From Eledone cirrhosa (lineage: Eukaryota), in NCBI GenBank assembly GCA_964016885.1, contig OZ024748.1, forward strand, positions 24,738,001 through 24,802,000: DNA of 64,000 nucleotides, written 5' to 3'. Below are positions 1-15,191 of this stretch, piece after piece (within the stretch, counting starts at the first letter, position 1; every line of letters starts with the position of its first letter). Both the position numbers and the translations under genes were made by a program. The notes under the pieces are model-generated. The model saw only the letters and a list, made by a program, of their open reading frames with translations, made no database searches and was not told where the DNA came from.

Positions 1-83
<83 letters not shown>

Positions 84-226
84 CAAGTAGCTTTAACTGA
101 TTAACCATTTTTGAGGTCATTATAGTTAGTATGTTAACCCTCACTTAGCTATATAAAACAAATACCTCTTTCAAATTCTAATGAATATATTTGTATATGT
201 TTCTTTATATTTTTCATATTTGTAAG

Positions 227-382
227 ACGTGAGAGAAATATCCATAGAGTGAGGTTTGAGTGTGCCAATGCTACCACAAATTTTACCGTGTCAAAGAAGT
301 CAGAAGACCTATTACTAACAAATTCTTCCTGGCCAAATCATAATTCATTTACTTTTAAATATTTCAATGACTTTATGGACAG
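227..382 (+). CDS. Dynein HC-like exon 1 in window (DHC_N1)
   Basis: taag acceptor, ag|gtaag donor; RERNIHRVRFECANA...SWPNHNSFTFKYFNDFMDR; phase 2 joins the next exon (R-C-N-D-V). Confidence 0.8.
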
Positions 383-757
383 GTAAGAAACCTCAAACTT
401 ACCTCTGCTTATGTCTTAAGTAATAACAGTTTTAATGAATCCTAACTTGAAATCATTTTTGTTTCTATGGAACCAACCATTTTAAAAGGTTCCTATTTAA
501 ATTAATAGAAATATTAGAAATACCACCTTAATATTAAAATAACTAATAATTTAGTAAATCCTTTCAAATTCTTCATTAATTAATTGAAATGTGTTATAAA
601 TATGGTAAGGAAATGGTTAACACTTTCTGTTTTATTTTACTTTCATTTTCTGAAAATATTTATTTCGACATTTTCATTGACTGCTGACAGTCAATTCTAG
701 AACTGATTAATATCATCCAAGCCTTGCAAGGAAAATAGATGTTAAATGATGATGATG

Positions 758-789
<32 letters not shown>

Positions 790-900
790 GATGATGATGA
801 TGAGAATAATATTGGCAGTTCCCTAGCTTGCTGGCTTTTATTTATTGGAAGTCACTCATAAAGAAAGAATTACCAGACATAAAAAGGAAATAATACATTG

Positions 901-3900
901 GATAATGTAGTCTTACCATAATGTCTACATTGCCAATATCAATGTAGTCTTACCATAATGTCTACATTACCAATATCAATGTAGTCCTACCATAATGTCT
1001 ACATTAGCAATATCAGATAATGTAGTCTTACCATAATGTCTACATTGCCAATATCAATGTAGTCCTACCATGATGTCTACATTGCCAATATCAGATAATG
1101 TAGTCTTACCATAATGTCTACATTGCCAATATCAATGTAGTCTTACCATAATGTCTACATTACCAATATCAATGTAGTCCTACCATAATGTCTACATTAC
1201 CAATATCAGATAATGTAGTCCTACCATAATGTCTACATTGCCAATATCAATGTAGTCCTACCATAATGTCTACATTACCAATATCAGATAATGTAGTCTT
1301 ACCATAATGTCTACATTGCCAATATCAATGTAGTCTTACTATAATGTCTACATTGCCAATATCAGATAATGTAGTCTTACCATAATGTCTACATTGCCAA
1401 TATCAGATAATGTAGTCCTACCATGATGTCTACATTGCCAATATCAATGTAGTCCTACCATGATGTCTACATTGCCAATATCAGATAATGTAGTCTTACC
1501 ATAATGTGTACATTGCCAATATCAATGTAGTCTTACCATAATGTCTACATTGCCAATATCAATGTAGTCTTACCATAATGTCTACATTGCCAATATCAAT
1601 GTAGTCTTACCATAATGTCTACATTGCCAATATCAATGTAGTCCTACCATAATGTCTATATTACCAATATCAATGTAGTCTTACCATAATGTCTACATTG
1701 CCAATATCAGATAATGTAGTCTTACCATAATGTCTACATTGCCAATATCAATGTAGTCTTACCATAATGTCTACATTGCCAATATCAATGTAGTCCTACC
1801 ATAATGTCTACATTGCCAATATCAGATAATGTAGTCTTACCATAATGTCTACATTGCCAATATCAATGTAGTCTTACCATAATGTCTACATTGCCAATAT
1901 CAGATAATGTAGTCTTACCATAATGTCTACATTGCCAATATCAGATAATGTAGTCCTACCATAATGTCTACATTGCCAATATCAATGTAGTCCTTCCATG
2001 ATGTCTACATTGCCAATATCAGATAATGTAGTCTTACCATAATGTCTACATTGCCAATATCAATGTAGTCTTACCATAATGTCTACATTGCCAATATCAA
2101 TGTAGTCTTACCATAATGTCTACATTGCCAATATCAATGTAGTCCTACCATGATGTCTACATTACCAATATCAATGTAGTCTTACCATAATGTCTACATT
2201 GCCAATATCAATGTAGTCTTACCATGATGTCTACATTACCAATATCAATGTAGTCCTACCATAATGTCTACATTGCCAATATCAGATAATGTAGTCTTAC
2301 CATAATGTCTACATTGCCAATATCAATGTAGTCTTACCATAATGTCTACATTGCCAATATCAGATAATGTAGTCTTACCATAATGTCTACATTGCCAATA
2401 TCAATGTAGTCCTACCATAATGTCTACATTACCAATATCAGATAATGTAGTCTTACCATAATGTCTACATTGCCAATATCAATGTAGTCTTACCATAATG
2501 TCTACATTACCAATATCAATGTAGTCTTACCATAATGTCTACATTGCCAATATCAATGTAGTCTTACCATAATGTCTACATTGCCAATATCAGATAATGT
2601 AGTCTTACCATGATGTCTACATTGCCAATATCAATGTAGTCCTACCATGATGTCTACATTACCAATATCAGATAATGTAGTCTTACCATGATGTCTACAT
2701 TACCAATATCAGATAATGTAGTCTTACCATAATGTCTACATTGCCAATATCAATGTAGTCCTACCATAATGTCTACATTGCCAATATCAGTGTAGTCTTA
2801 CCATGATGTCTACATTGCCAATATCAATGTAGTCCTACCATAATGTCTACATTGCCAATATCAATGTAGTCTTACCATAATGTCTACATTGCCAATATCA
2901 GATAATGTAGTCCTACCATGATGTCTACATTGCCATTATTAATGTAGTCCTACCATGATGTCTACATTACCAATATCAGATAATGTAGTCCTACCATGAT
3001 GTCTACATTGCCATTATTAATGTAGTCCTACCATGATGTCTACATTACCAATATCAGATAATGTAGTCTTACCATGATGTCTACATTGCCAATATCAATG
3101 TAGTCCTACCATGATGTCTACATTGCCAATATCAATGTAGTCCTACCATGATGTCTACATTACCAATATCAGATAATGTAGTCTTACCATAATGTCTACA
3201 TTGCCAATATCAATGTAGTCCTACCATAATGTCTACATTGCCAATATCAATGTAGTCTTACCATGATGTCTATATTACCAATATCAATGTAGTCTTACCA
3301 TAATGTCTACATTGCCAATATCAATGTAGTCTTACCATAATGTCTACATTGCCAATATCAATGTAGTCCTACCATGATGTCTACATTGCCAATATCAATG
3401 TAGTCCTACCATGATGTCTACATTACCAATATCAGATAATGTAGTCTTACCATAATGTCTACATTGGCAATATCAATGTAGTCTTACCATAATGTCTACA
3501 TTGCCAATATCAATGTAGTCTTACCATAATGTCTACATTGCCAATATCAATGTAGTCTTACCATAATGTCTACATTGCCAATATCAATGTAGTCCTACCA
3601 TGATGTCTACATTACCAATATCAGATAATGTAGTCTTACCATAATGTCTACATTGCCAATATCAATGTAGTCTTACCATAATGTCTACATTGCCAATATC
3701 AATGTAGTCTTACCATAATGTCTACATTACCAATATCAATGTAGTCCTACCATGATGTCTATATTACCAATATCAATGTAGTCTTACCATAATGTCTACG
3801 TTGCCAATATCAGATAATGTAGTCCTACCATGATGTCTACATTACCAATATTAGATAATGTAGTCTTACCATAATGTCTACATTACCAATATCAATGTAG

Positions 3901-6900
3901 TCTTACCATAATGTCTACATTGCCAATATCAGATAATGTAGTCTTACCATAATGTCTACATTGCCAATATCAATGTAGTCCTACCATAATGTCTACATTG
4001 CCAATATCAATGTAGTCCTACCATAATGTCTACATTGCCAATATCAATGTAGTCTTACCATAATGTCTACATTGCCAATATCAGATAATGTAGTCTTACC
4101 ATAATGTCTACATTGCCAATATCAATGTAGTCTTACCATGATGTCTACATTGCCAATATCAATGTAGTCCTACCATAATGTCTACATTGCCAATATCAAT
4201 GTAGTCCTACCATAATGTCTACATTGCCAATATCAATGTAGTCCTACCATAATGTCTACATTGCCAATATCAGATAATGTAGTCTTACCATAATGTCTAC
4301 ATTGCCAATATCAATGTAGTCCTACCATGATGTCTATATTACCAATATCAATGTAGTCTTACCATAATGACTACATTGCCAATATCAATGTAGTCTTACC
4401 ATAATGTCTACATTGCCAATATCAATGTAGTCTTACCATGATGTCTACATTGCCAATATCAATGTAGTCTTACCATAATGTCTACATTGCCAATATCAGA
4501 TAATGTAGTCTTACCATAATGTCTACATTGCCAATATCAGATAATGTAGTCCTACCATGATGTCTACATTGCCAATATCAATGTAGTCTTACCATAATGT
4601 CTACATTGCCAATATCAGATAATGTAGTCTTACCATAATGTCTACATTGCCAATATCAATGTAGTCCTACCATAATGTCTACATTGCCAATATCAATGTA
4701 GTCCTACCATAATGTCTACATTGCCAATATCAATGTAGTCCTACCATAATGTCTACATTGCCAATATCAATGTAGTCCTACCATGATGTCTACATTGCCA
4801 ATATCAGATAATGTAGTCCTACCATAATGTCTACATTGCCAATATCAATGTAGTCCTACCATAATGTCTACATTGCCAATATCAATGTAGTCTTACCATA
4901 ATGTCTACATTGCCAATATCAGATAATGTAGTCTTACCATAATGTCTACATTGCCAATATCAGATAATGTAGTCCTACCATAATGTCTACATTGCCAATA
5001 TCAGATAATGTAGTCTTACCATAATGTCTACATTGCCAAAATCAGATAATGTAGTCTTACCATGATGTCTACATTGCCAATATCAATGTAGTCTTACCAT
5101 GATGTCTACATTGCCAATATCAGATAATGTAGTCCTACCATAATGTCTACATTGCCAATATCAATGTAGTCCTACCATAATGTCTACATTGCCAATATCA
5201 ATGTAGTCTTACCATGATGTCTACATTGCCAATATCAATGTAGTCTTACCATGATGTCTACATTGCCAATATCAGATAATGTAGTCCTACCATAATGTCT
5301 ACATTGCCAATATCAATGTAGTCCTACCATAATGTCTACATTGCCAATATCAATGTAGTCCTACCATAATGTCTACATTGCCAATATCAGATAATGTAGT
5401 CTTACCATAATGTCTACATTGCCAATATCAATGTAGTCTTACCATAATGTCTACATTACCAATATCAATGTAGTCTTACCATAATGTCTACGTTGCCAAT
5501 ATCAGATAATGTAGTCTTACCATAATGTCTACATTGCCAATATCAGATAATGTAGTCTTACCATAATGTCTACATTGCCAATATCAATGTAGTCTTACCA
5601 TAATGTCTACATTGCCAATATCAATGTAGTCTTACCATAATGTCTACATTGCCAATATCAATGTAGTCTTACTATAATGTCTACATTGCCAATATCAGAT
5701 AATGTAGTCTTACCATAATGTCTACATTGCCAATATCAGATAATGTAGTCCTACCATGATGTCTACATTGCCAATATCAATGTAGTCCTACCATGATGTC
5801 TACATTGCCAATATCAGATAATGTAGTCTTACCATAATGTGTACATTGCCAATATCAATGTAGTCTTACCATAATGTCTACATTGCCAATATCAATGTAG
5901 TCTTACCATAATGTCTACATTGCCAATATCAATGTAGTCTTACCATAATGTCTACATTGCCAATATCAATGTAGTCCTACCATAATGTCTATATTACCAA
6001 TATCAATGTAGTCTTACCATAATGTCTACATTGCCAATATCAGATAATGTAGTCTTACCATAATGTCTACATTGCCAATATCAATGTAGTCCTACCATAA
6101 TGTCTACATTGCCAATATCAGATAATGTAGTCTTACCATAATGTCTACATTGCCAATATCAATGTAGTCTTACCATAATGTCTACATTGCCAATATCAGA
6201 TAATGTAGTCTTACCATAATGTCTACATTGCCAATATCAGATAATGTAGTCCTACCATAATGTCTACATTGCCAATATCAATGTAGTCCTACCATGATGT
6301 CTACATTGCCAATATCAGATAATGTAGTCTTACCATAATGTCTACATTGCCAATATCAATGTAGTCTTACCATAATGTCTACATTGCCAATATCAGATAA
6401 TGTAGTCTTACCATAATGTCTACATTGCCAATATCAATGTAGTCTTACCATAATGTCTACATTGCCAATATCAATGTAGTCCTACCATGATGTCTACATT
6501 ACCAATATCAATGTAGTCTTACCATAATGTCTACATTGCCAATATCAATGTAGTCTTACCATGATGTCTACATTACCAATATCAATGTAGTCCTACCATA
6601 ATGTCTACATTGCCAATATCAGATAATGTAGTCTTACCATAATGTCTACATTGCCAATATCAATGTAGTCTTACCATAATGTCTACATTGCCAATATCAG
6701 ATAATGTAGTCTTACCATAATGTCTACATTGCCAATATCAATGTAGTCCTACCATAATGTCTACATTACCAATATCAGATAATGTAGTCTTACCATAATG
6801 TCTACATTGCCAATATCAATGTAGTCTTACCATAATGTCTACATTACCAATATCAATGTAGTCTTACCATAATGTCTACATTGCCAATATCAATGTAGTC

Positions 6901-9900
6901 TTACCATAATGTCTACATTGCCAATATCAGATAATGTAGTCTTACCATGATGTCTACATTGCCAATATCAATGTAGTCCTACCATGATGTCTACATTACC
7001 AATATCAGATAATGTAGTCTTACCATGATGTCTACATTACCAATATCAGATAATGTAGTCTTACCATAATGTCTACATTGCCAATATCAATGTAGTCCTA
7101 CCATAATGTCTACATTGCCAATATCAGTGTAGTCTTACCATGATGTCTACATTGCCAATATCAATGTAGTCCTACCATAATGTCTACATTGCCAATATCA
7201 ATGTAGTCTTACCATAATGTCTACATTGCCAATATCAGATAATGTAGTCCTACCATGATGTCTACATTGCCATTATTAATGTAGTCCTACCATGATGTCT
7301 ACATTACCAATATCAGATAATGTAGTCCTACCATGATGTCTACATTGCCATTATTAATGTAGTCCTACCATGATGTCTACATTACCAATATCAGATAATG
7401 TAGTCTTACCATGATGTCTACATTGCCAATATCAATGTAGTCCTACCATGATGTCTACATTGCCAATATCAATGTAGTCCTACCATGATGTCTACATTAC
7501 CAATATCAGATAATGTAGTCTTACCATAATGTCTACATTGCCAATATCAATGTAGTCCTACCATAATGTCTACATTGCCAATATCAATGTAGTCTTACCA
7601 TGATGTCTATATTACCAATATCAATGTAGTCTTACCATAATGTCTACATTGCTAATATCAATGTAGTCTTACCATAATGTCTACATTGCCAATATCAATG
7701 TAGTCCTACCTTGATGTCTACATTGCCAATATCAATGTAGTCCTACCATGATGTCTACATTACCAATATCAGATAATGTAGTCTTACCATAATGTCTACA
7801 TTGCCAATATCAATGTAGTCTTACCATAATGTCTACATTGCCAATATCAATGTAGTCTTACCATAATGTCTACATTGCCAATATCAATGTAGTCTTACCA
7901 TAATGTCTACATTGCCAATATCAATGTAGTCTTACCATAATGTCTACATTGCCAATATCAATGTAGTCCTACCATGATGTCTACATTACCAATATCAGAT
8001 AATGTAGTCTTACCATAATGTCTACATTGCCAATATCAATGTAGTCTTACCATAATGTCTACATTGCCAATATCAATGTAGTCTTACCATAATGTCTACA
8101 TTACCAATATCAATGTAGTCCTACCATGATGTCTCTATTACCAATATCAATGTAGTCTTACCATAATGTCTACGTTGCCAATATCAGATAATGTAGTCCT
8201 ACCATGATGTCTACATTACCAATATCAGATAATGTAGTCCTACCATAATGTCTACATTGCCAATATCAATGTAGTCCTACCATGATGTCTACATTGCCAA
8301 TATCAGATAATGTAGTCTTACCATAATGTCTACATTGCCAATATCAATGTAGTCTTACCATAATGTCTACATTGCCAATATCAGATAATGTAGTCTTACC
8401 ATAATGTCTACATTGCCAATATCAATGTAGTCTTACCATAATATCTACATTGCCAATATCAATGTAGTCCTACCATGATGTCTACATTACCAATATCAAT
8501 GTAGTCTTACCATAATGTCTACATTGCCAATATCAATGTAGTCTTACCATGATGTCTACATTACCAATATCAATGTAGTCCTACCATAATGTCTACATTG
8601 CCAATATCAGATAATGTAGTCTTACCATAATGTCTACATTGCCAATATCAATGTAGTCCTACCATAATGTCTACATTACCAATATCAGATAATGTAGTCT
8701 TACCATAATGTCTACATTGCCAATATCAATGTAGTCTTACCATAATGTCTACATTACCAATATCAATGTAGTCTTACCATAATGTCTACATTGCCAATAT
8801 CAATGTAGTCTTACCATAATGTCTACATTGCCAATATCAGATAATGTAGTCTTACCATGATGTCTACATTGCCAATATCAATGTAGTCCTACCATGATGT
8901 CTACATTACCAATATCAGATAATGTAGTCTTACCATGATGTCTACATTACCAATATCAGATAATGTAGTCTTACCATAATGTCTACATTGCCAATATCAA
9001 TGTAGTCCTACCATAATGTCTACATTGCCAATATCAGTGTAGTCTTACCATGATGTCTACATTGCCAATATCAATGTAGTCCTACCATAATGTCTACATT
9101 GCCAATATCAATGTAGTCTTACCATAATGTCTACATTGCCAATATCAGATAATGTAGTCCTACCATGATGTCTACATTGCCATTATTAATGTAGTCCTAC
9201 CATGATGTCTACATTACCAATATCAGATAATGTAGTCCTACCATGATGTCTACATTGCCATTATTAATGTAGTCCTACCATGATGTCTACATTACCAATA
9301 TCAGATAATGTAGTCTTACCATGATGTCTACATTGCCAATATCAATGTAGTCCTACCATGATGTCTACATTGCCAATATCAATGTAGTCCTACCATGATG
9401 TCTACATTACCAATATCAGATAATGTAGTCTTACCATAATGTCTACATTGCCAATATCAATGTAGTCCTACCATAATGTCTACATTGCCAATATCAATGT
9501 AGTCTTACCATGATGTCTATATTACCAATATCAATGTAGTCTTACCATAATGTCTACATTGCCAATATCAATGTAGTCTTACCATAATGTCTACATTGCC
9601 AATATCAATGTAGTCCTACCTTGATGTCTACATTGCCAATATCAATGTAGTCCTACCATGATGTCTACATTACCAATATCAGATAATGTAGTCTTACCAT
9701 AATGTCTACATTGCCAATATCAATGTAGTCTTACCATAATGTCTACATTGCCAATATCAATGTAGTCTTACCATAATGTCTACATTGCCAATATCAATGT
9801 AGTCTTACCATAATGTCTACATTGCCAATATCAATGTAGTCTTACCATAATGTCTACATTGCCAATATCAATGTAGTCCTACCATGATGTCTACATTACC

Positions 9901-12900
9901 AATATCAGATAATGTAGTCTTACCATAATGTCTACATTGCCAATATCAATGTAGTCTTACCATAATGTCTACATTGCCAATATCAATGTAGTCTTACCAT
10001 AATGTCTACATTACCAATATCAATGTAGTCCTACCATGATGTCTATATTACCAATATCAATGTAGTCTTACCATAATGTCTACGTTGCCAATATCAGATA
10101 ATGTAGTCCTACCATGATGTCTACATTACCAATATCAGATAATGTAGTCCTACCATAATGTCTACATTGCCAATATCAATGTAGTCCTACCATGATGTCT
10201 ACATTGCCAATATCAGATAATGTAGTCTTACCATAATGTCTACATTGCCAATATCAATGTAGTCTTACCATAATGTCTACATTGCCAATATCAGATAATG
10301 TAGTCTTACCATAATGTCTACATTGCCAATATCAATGTAGTCTTACCATAATATCTACATTGCCAATATCAATGTAGTCCTACCATGATGTCTACATTAC
10401 CAATATCAATGTAGTCTTACCATAATGTCTACATTGCCAATATCAATGTAGTCTTACCATGATGTCTACATTACCAATATCAATGTAGTCCTACCATAAT
10501 GTCTACATTGCCAATATCAGATAATGTAGTCTTACCATAATGTCTACATTGCCAATATCAATGTAGTCTTACCATAATGTCTACATTGCCAATATCAGAT
10601 AATGTAGTCTTACCATAATGTCTACATTGCCAATATCAATGTAGTCCTACCATAATGTCTACATTACCAATATCAGATAATGTAGTCTTACCATAATGTC
10701 TACATTGCCAATATCAATGTAGTCTTACCATAATGTCTACATTACCAATATCAATGTAGTCTTACCATAATGTCTACATTGCCAATATCAATGTAGTCTT
10801 ACCATAATGTCTACATTGCCAATATCAGATAATGTAGTCTTACCATGATGTCTACATTGCCAATATCAATGTAGTCCTACCATGATGTCTACATTACCAA
10901 TATCAGATAATGTAGTCTTACCATGATGTCTACATTACCAATATCAGATAATGTAGTCTTACCATAATGTCTACATTGCCAATATCAATGTAGTCCTACC
11001 ATAATGTCTACATTGCCAATATCAGTGTAGTCTTACCATGATGTCTACATTGCCAATATCAATGTAGTCCTACCATAATGTCTACATTGCCAATATCAAT
11101 GTAGTCTTACCATAATGTCTACATTGCCAATATCAGATAATGTAGTCCTACCATGATGTCTACATTGCCATTATTAATGTAGTCCTACCATGATGTCTAC
11201 ATTACCAATATCAGATAATGTAGTCCTACCATGATGTCTACATTGCCATTATTAATGTAGTCCTACCACGATGTCTACATTACCAATATCAGATAATGTA
11301 GTCTTACCATGATGTCTACATTGCCAATATCAATGTAGTCCTACCATGATGTCTACATTGCCAATATCAATGTAGTCCTACCATGATGTCTACATTACCA
11401 ATATCAGATAATGTAGTCTTACCATAATGTCTACATTGCCAATATCAATGTAGTCCTACCATAATGTCTACATTGCCAATATCAATGTAGTCTTACTATG
11501 ATGTCTATATTACCAATATCAATGTAGTCTTACCATAATGTCTACATTGCCAATATCAATGTAGTCTTACCATAATGTCTACATTGCCAATATCAATGTA
11601 GTCCTACCATGATGTCTACATTGCCAATATCAATGTAGTCCTACCATGATGTCTACATTACCAATATCAGATAATGTAGTCTTACCATAATGTCTACATT
11701 GCCAATATCAATGTAGTCTTACCATAATGTCTACATTGCCAATATCAATGTAGTCTTACCATAATGTCTACATTGCCAATATCAATGTAGTCTTACCATA
11801 ATGTCTACATTGCCAATATCAATGTAGTCTTACCATAATGTCTACATTGCCAATATCAATGTAGTCCTACCATGATGTCTACATTACCAATATCAGATAA
11901 TGTAGTCTTACCATAATGTCTACATTGCCAATATCAATGTAGTCTTACCATAATGTCTACATTGCCAATATCAATGTAGTCTTACCATAATGTCTACATT
12001 ACCAATATCAATGTAGTCCTACCATGATGTCTATATTACCAATATCAATGTAGTCTTACCATAATGTCTACGTTGCCAATATCAGATAATGTAGTCCTAC
12101 CATGATGTCTACATTACCAATATCAGATAATGTAGTCTTACCATAATGTCTACATTACCAATATCAATGTAGTCTTACCATAATGTCTACATTGCCAATA
12201 TCAGATAATGTAGTCTTACCATAATGTCTACATTGCCAATAGCAATGTAGTCCTACCATAATGTCTACATTGCCAATATCAATGTAGTCCTACCATAATG
12301 TCTACATTGCCAATATCAATGTAGTCTTACCATAATGTCTACATTGCCAATATCAGATAATGTAGTCTTACCATAATGTCTACATTGCCAATATCAATGT
12401 AGTCTTACCATGATGTCTACATTGCCAATATCAATGTAGTCCTACCATAATGTCTACATTGCCAATATCAATGTAGTCCTACCATAATGTCTACATTGCC
12501 AATATCAATGTAGTCCTACCATAATGTCTACATTGCCAATATCAGATAATGTAGTCTTACCATAATGTCTACATTGCCAATATCAATGTAGTCCTACCAT
12601 GATGTCTATATTACCAATATCAATGTAGTCTTACCATAATGTCTACATTGCCAATATCAATGTAGTCTTACCATAATGTCTACATTGCCAATATCAATGT
12701 AGTCTTACCATGATGTCTACATTGCCAATATCAATGTAGTCTTACCATAATGTCTACATTGCCAATACCAGATAATGTAGTCTTACCATAATGTCTACAT
12801 TGCCAATATCAGATAATGTAGTCCTACCATGATGTCTACATTGCCAATATCAGATAATGTAGTCCTACCATAATGTCTACATTGCCAATATCAATGTAGT

Positions 12901-13550
12901 CCTACCATAATGTCTACATTGCCAATATCAATGTAGTCTTACCATAATGTCTACATTGCCAATATCAGATAATGTAGTCTTACCATAATGTCTACATTGC
13001 CAATATCAGATAATGTAGTCTTACCATGATGTCTACATTGCCAATATCAATGTAGTCCTACCATGATGTCTATATTACCAATATCAATGTAGTCTTACCA
13101 TAATGTCTACATTGCCAATATCAATGTAGTCTTACCATGATGTCTACATTGCCAATATCAATGTAGTCTTACCATGATGTCTACATTGCCAATATCAGAT
13201 AATGTAGTCCTACCATAATGTCTACATTGCCAATATCAATGTAGTCCTACCATAATGTCTACATTGCCAATATCAATGTAGTCCTACCATAATGTCTACA
13301 TTGCCAATATCAGATAATGTAGTCTTACCATAATGTCTACATTGCCAATATCAATGTAGTCTTACCATAATGTCTACATTACCAATATCAATGTAGTCTT
13401 ACCATAATGTCTACGTTGCCAATATCAGATAATGTAGTCCTACCATAATGTCTACATTGCCAATATCAGATAATGTAGTCTTACCATAATGTCTACATTG
13501 CCAATATCAATGTAGTCTTACCATAATGTCTACATTGCCAATATCAGATA
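901..13550. repeat. Intronic satellite, 37-bp unit (41 bp with extra AGAT), roughly 330 copies
   Basis: Unit AATGTAGTC(T/C)TACCAT(A/G)ATGTCTACATT(G/A)CCAATATC[AGAT]; internal inverted repeat AATGTAG/CTACATT. Confidence 0.98.
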
Positions 13551-13837
13551 TGAAGTAAAGAAAGAAGAAAAGAGACAAGCGAACACACAGGCATTATCAT
13601 CATCATCGTCATCATCATCGTCATCATTATCATCATCATCGTTTAACGTCCATTTTCCATGCTAGCATGAGTTAGACACAGAATTAATATAGATACATTT
13701 TCTATGGAGTTATTTTAGGTGTAAAAGTTGTGTAGGGTAGGAATTTATTGAGACTAAGTAAAGAAAGAAGAGGAAAGACAAACAAGCACACAGACATAGT
13801 ATTAATATAGATAGAGTTTCTGTGGGTTTCTTTTTAG

Positions 13838-14069
13838 GTGTAACGATGTGCAGGAATTGATAGAGAGTGACCAACACTTCAAAGAACTTTCCATTGTTGC
13901 AGAAATTGGAGGAATTGGTGATGCTTGTGCCGATAGCATTGTCAAAGAGATCTGCACCCAATATTCTGCAATCATCCAAGAATTCGTGACTTCTATACCA
14001 AAACTGATGAATGTAAAAGAAATTCAGCCATTTGAAGCAAGTTTTTATAAATTACGTTCTGTTTCAAAG
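13838..14069 (+). CDS. Dynein HC-like exon 2 (DHC_N1)
   Basis: tttttag acceptor, aag|gtaat donor; CNDVQELIESDQHF...EIGGIG...FEASFYKLRSVSK. Confidence 0.9.
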
Positions 14070-14101
14070 GTAATCTTTAATGTGAAAAGAATCAGTAAGA
14101 A

Positions 14102-14102
<1 letters not shown>

Positions 14103-14132
<30 letters not shown>

Positions 14133-14375
14133 CTTCTTCTTCTTCTTCTTCAGGGTCTTTCTTGGGGCTGAGTCCTCAAGCATTTCCTCTAGCATGTCCT
14201 GTCAGAAACAACCATCTCCAATTGATCTAGCTGTATGTCCAAGTGAGACCAGCTGAGCTTGTGGATGTTATTCAATTATCTTGTTTGTCACCTACCACTA
14301 GATCTCCTGCCAGTTGATTTTGTCTCTATGATCTGTCCAGCGATTCTTTCCTGAAAAATTCTAACCACATGTCTG
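14103..14375 (-). mobile_element. RTE-clade LINE 3' fragment with (AAG)n tail
   Basis: Similar to 25373-25740 and 43243-43400; (CTT)n on + strand. Confidence 0.7.
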
Positions 14376-15071
14376 TAATATCAGTTATTTCCATTGTCAG
14401 ATCATTAAAACATTATATAGAATATTTATTCCAGGTCTTTGTGCTCAGAGTTCAAATCATGCCAAGGTTATCTTTGTCTTTCACCCTTCCAAGGTCATTA
14501 ACTAAAGTCCCAGTTCAGTACACATTCCTAGTAGAGCTCCTCAGTAGCACTGGCAGGCCAGAGACCTCTGGAAGTTATCCATAGGCCCTGGATGGAAAGT
14601 CCTCCTGAACAGACTGGTCAGTTCATCCTCCTTGAGGCCTAGAGTTTCCCCGAGAACGTTGTCGCACTTATCCTCACTAATCCCCTATAGAATGTCGAAG
14701 TGGAGTCTCCGTTGATTGCCATTTCCGCTTGGTAGAGGGCTCTGAGCGCCTGTAGGCACTCGAGGTGCCAGACAAACAGATAGATAGATGGATAGATAGC
14801 TTCCTCTAGTGTAGGAAAGCTGAGACCATTGTAAATACAAATTGGTAACTTGGCTGTCAGCCTAGATATCTAAATTAAAAACTTTCATCATAATTTTATG
14901 CAAGATCTTTGTTATCATCTTCTTAACACCAACTTCATATAAAAGTTATTTTACTAAAACCACCAAAATTCTTGATTATTTAACAAATTAATTGAAATAT
15001 ATTCAATGTATTTCATGTGAAATATGGTCATGAATGAATAGAAGAAATTATTTTCTGAATTTTCATTACAG

Positions 15072-15191
15072 CGTCTTGAACTTCAACTGTCTGAGATTCT
15101 GTTGAAGTCTCTTATCGAATGCCATTCTCCATACTCACAGATGCGTTTGCTTCAAATATGTCACACTACCATAAAACGTACACAAGTAAAG
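15072..15191 (+). CDS. Dynein HC-like exon 3
   Basis: ttacag / gtaggt; RLELQLSEILLKSLIECHSPYSQMRLLQ...KRTQVK, 120 nt, phase 0-0. Confidence 0.88.

Noticed and set aside
901-13550. CRISPR-like array (37-bp partly palindromic repeats)
   Set aside because: Units are head-to-tail with no unique spacers, no cas genes are present, and the context is a eukaryotic intron; it is a satellite
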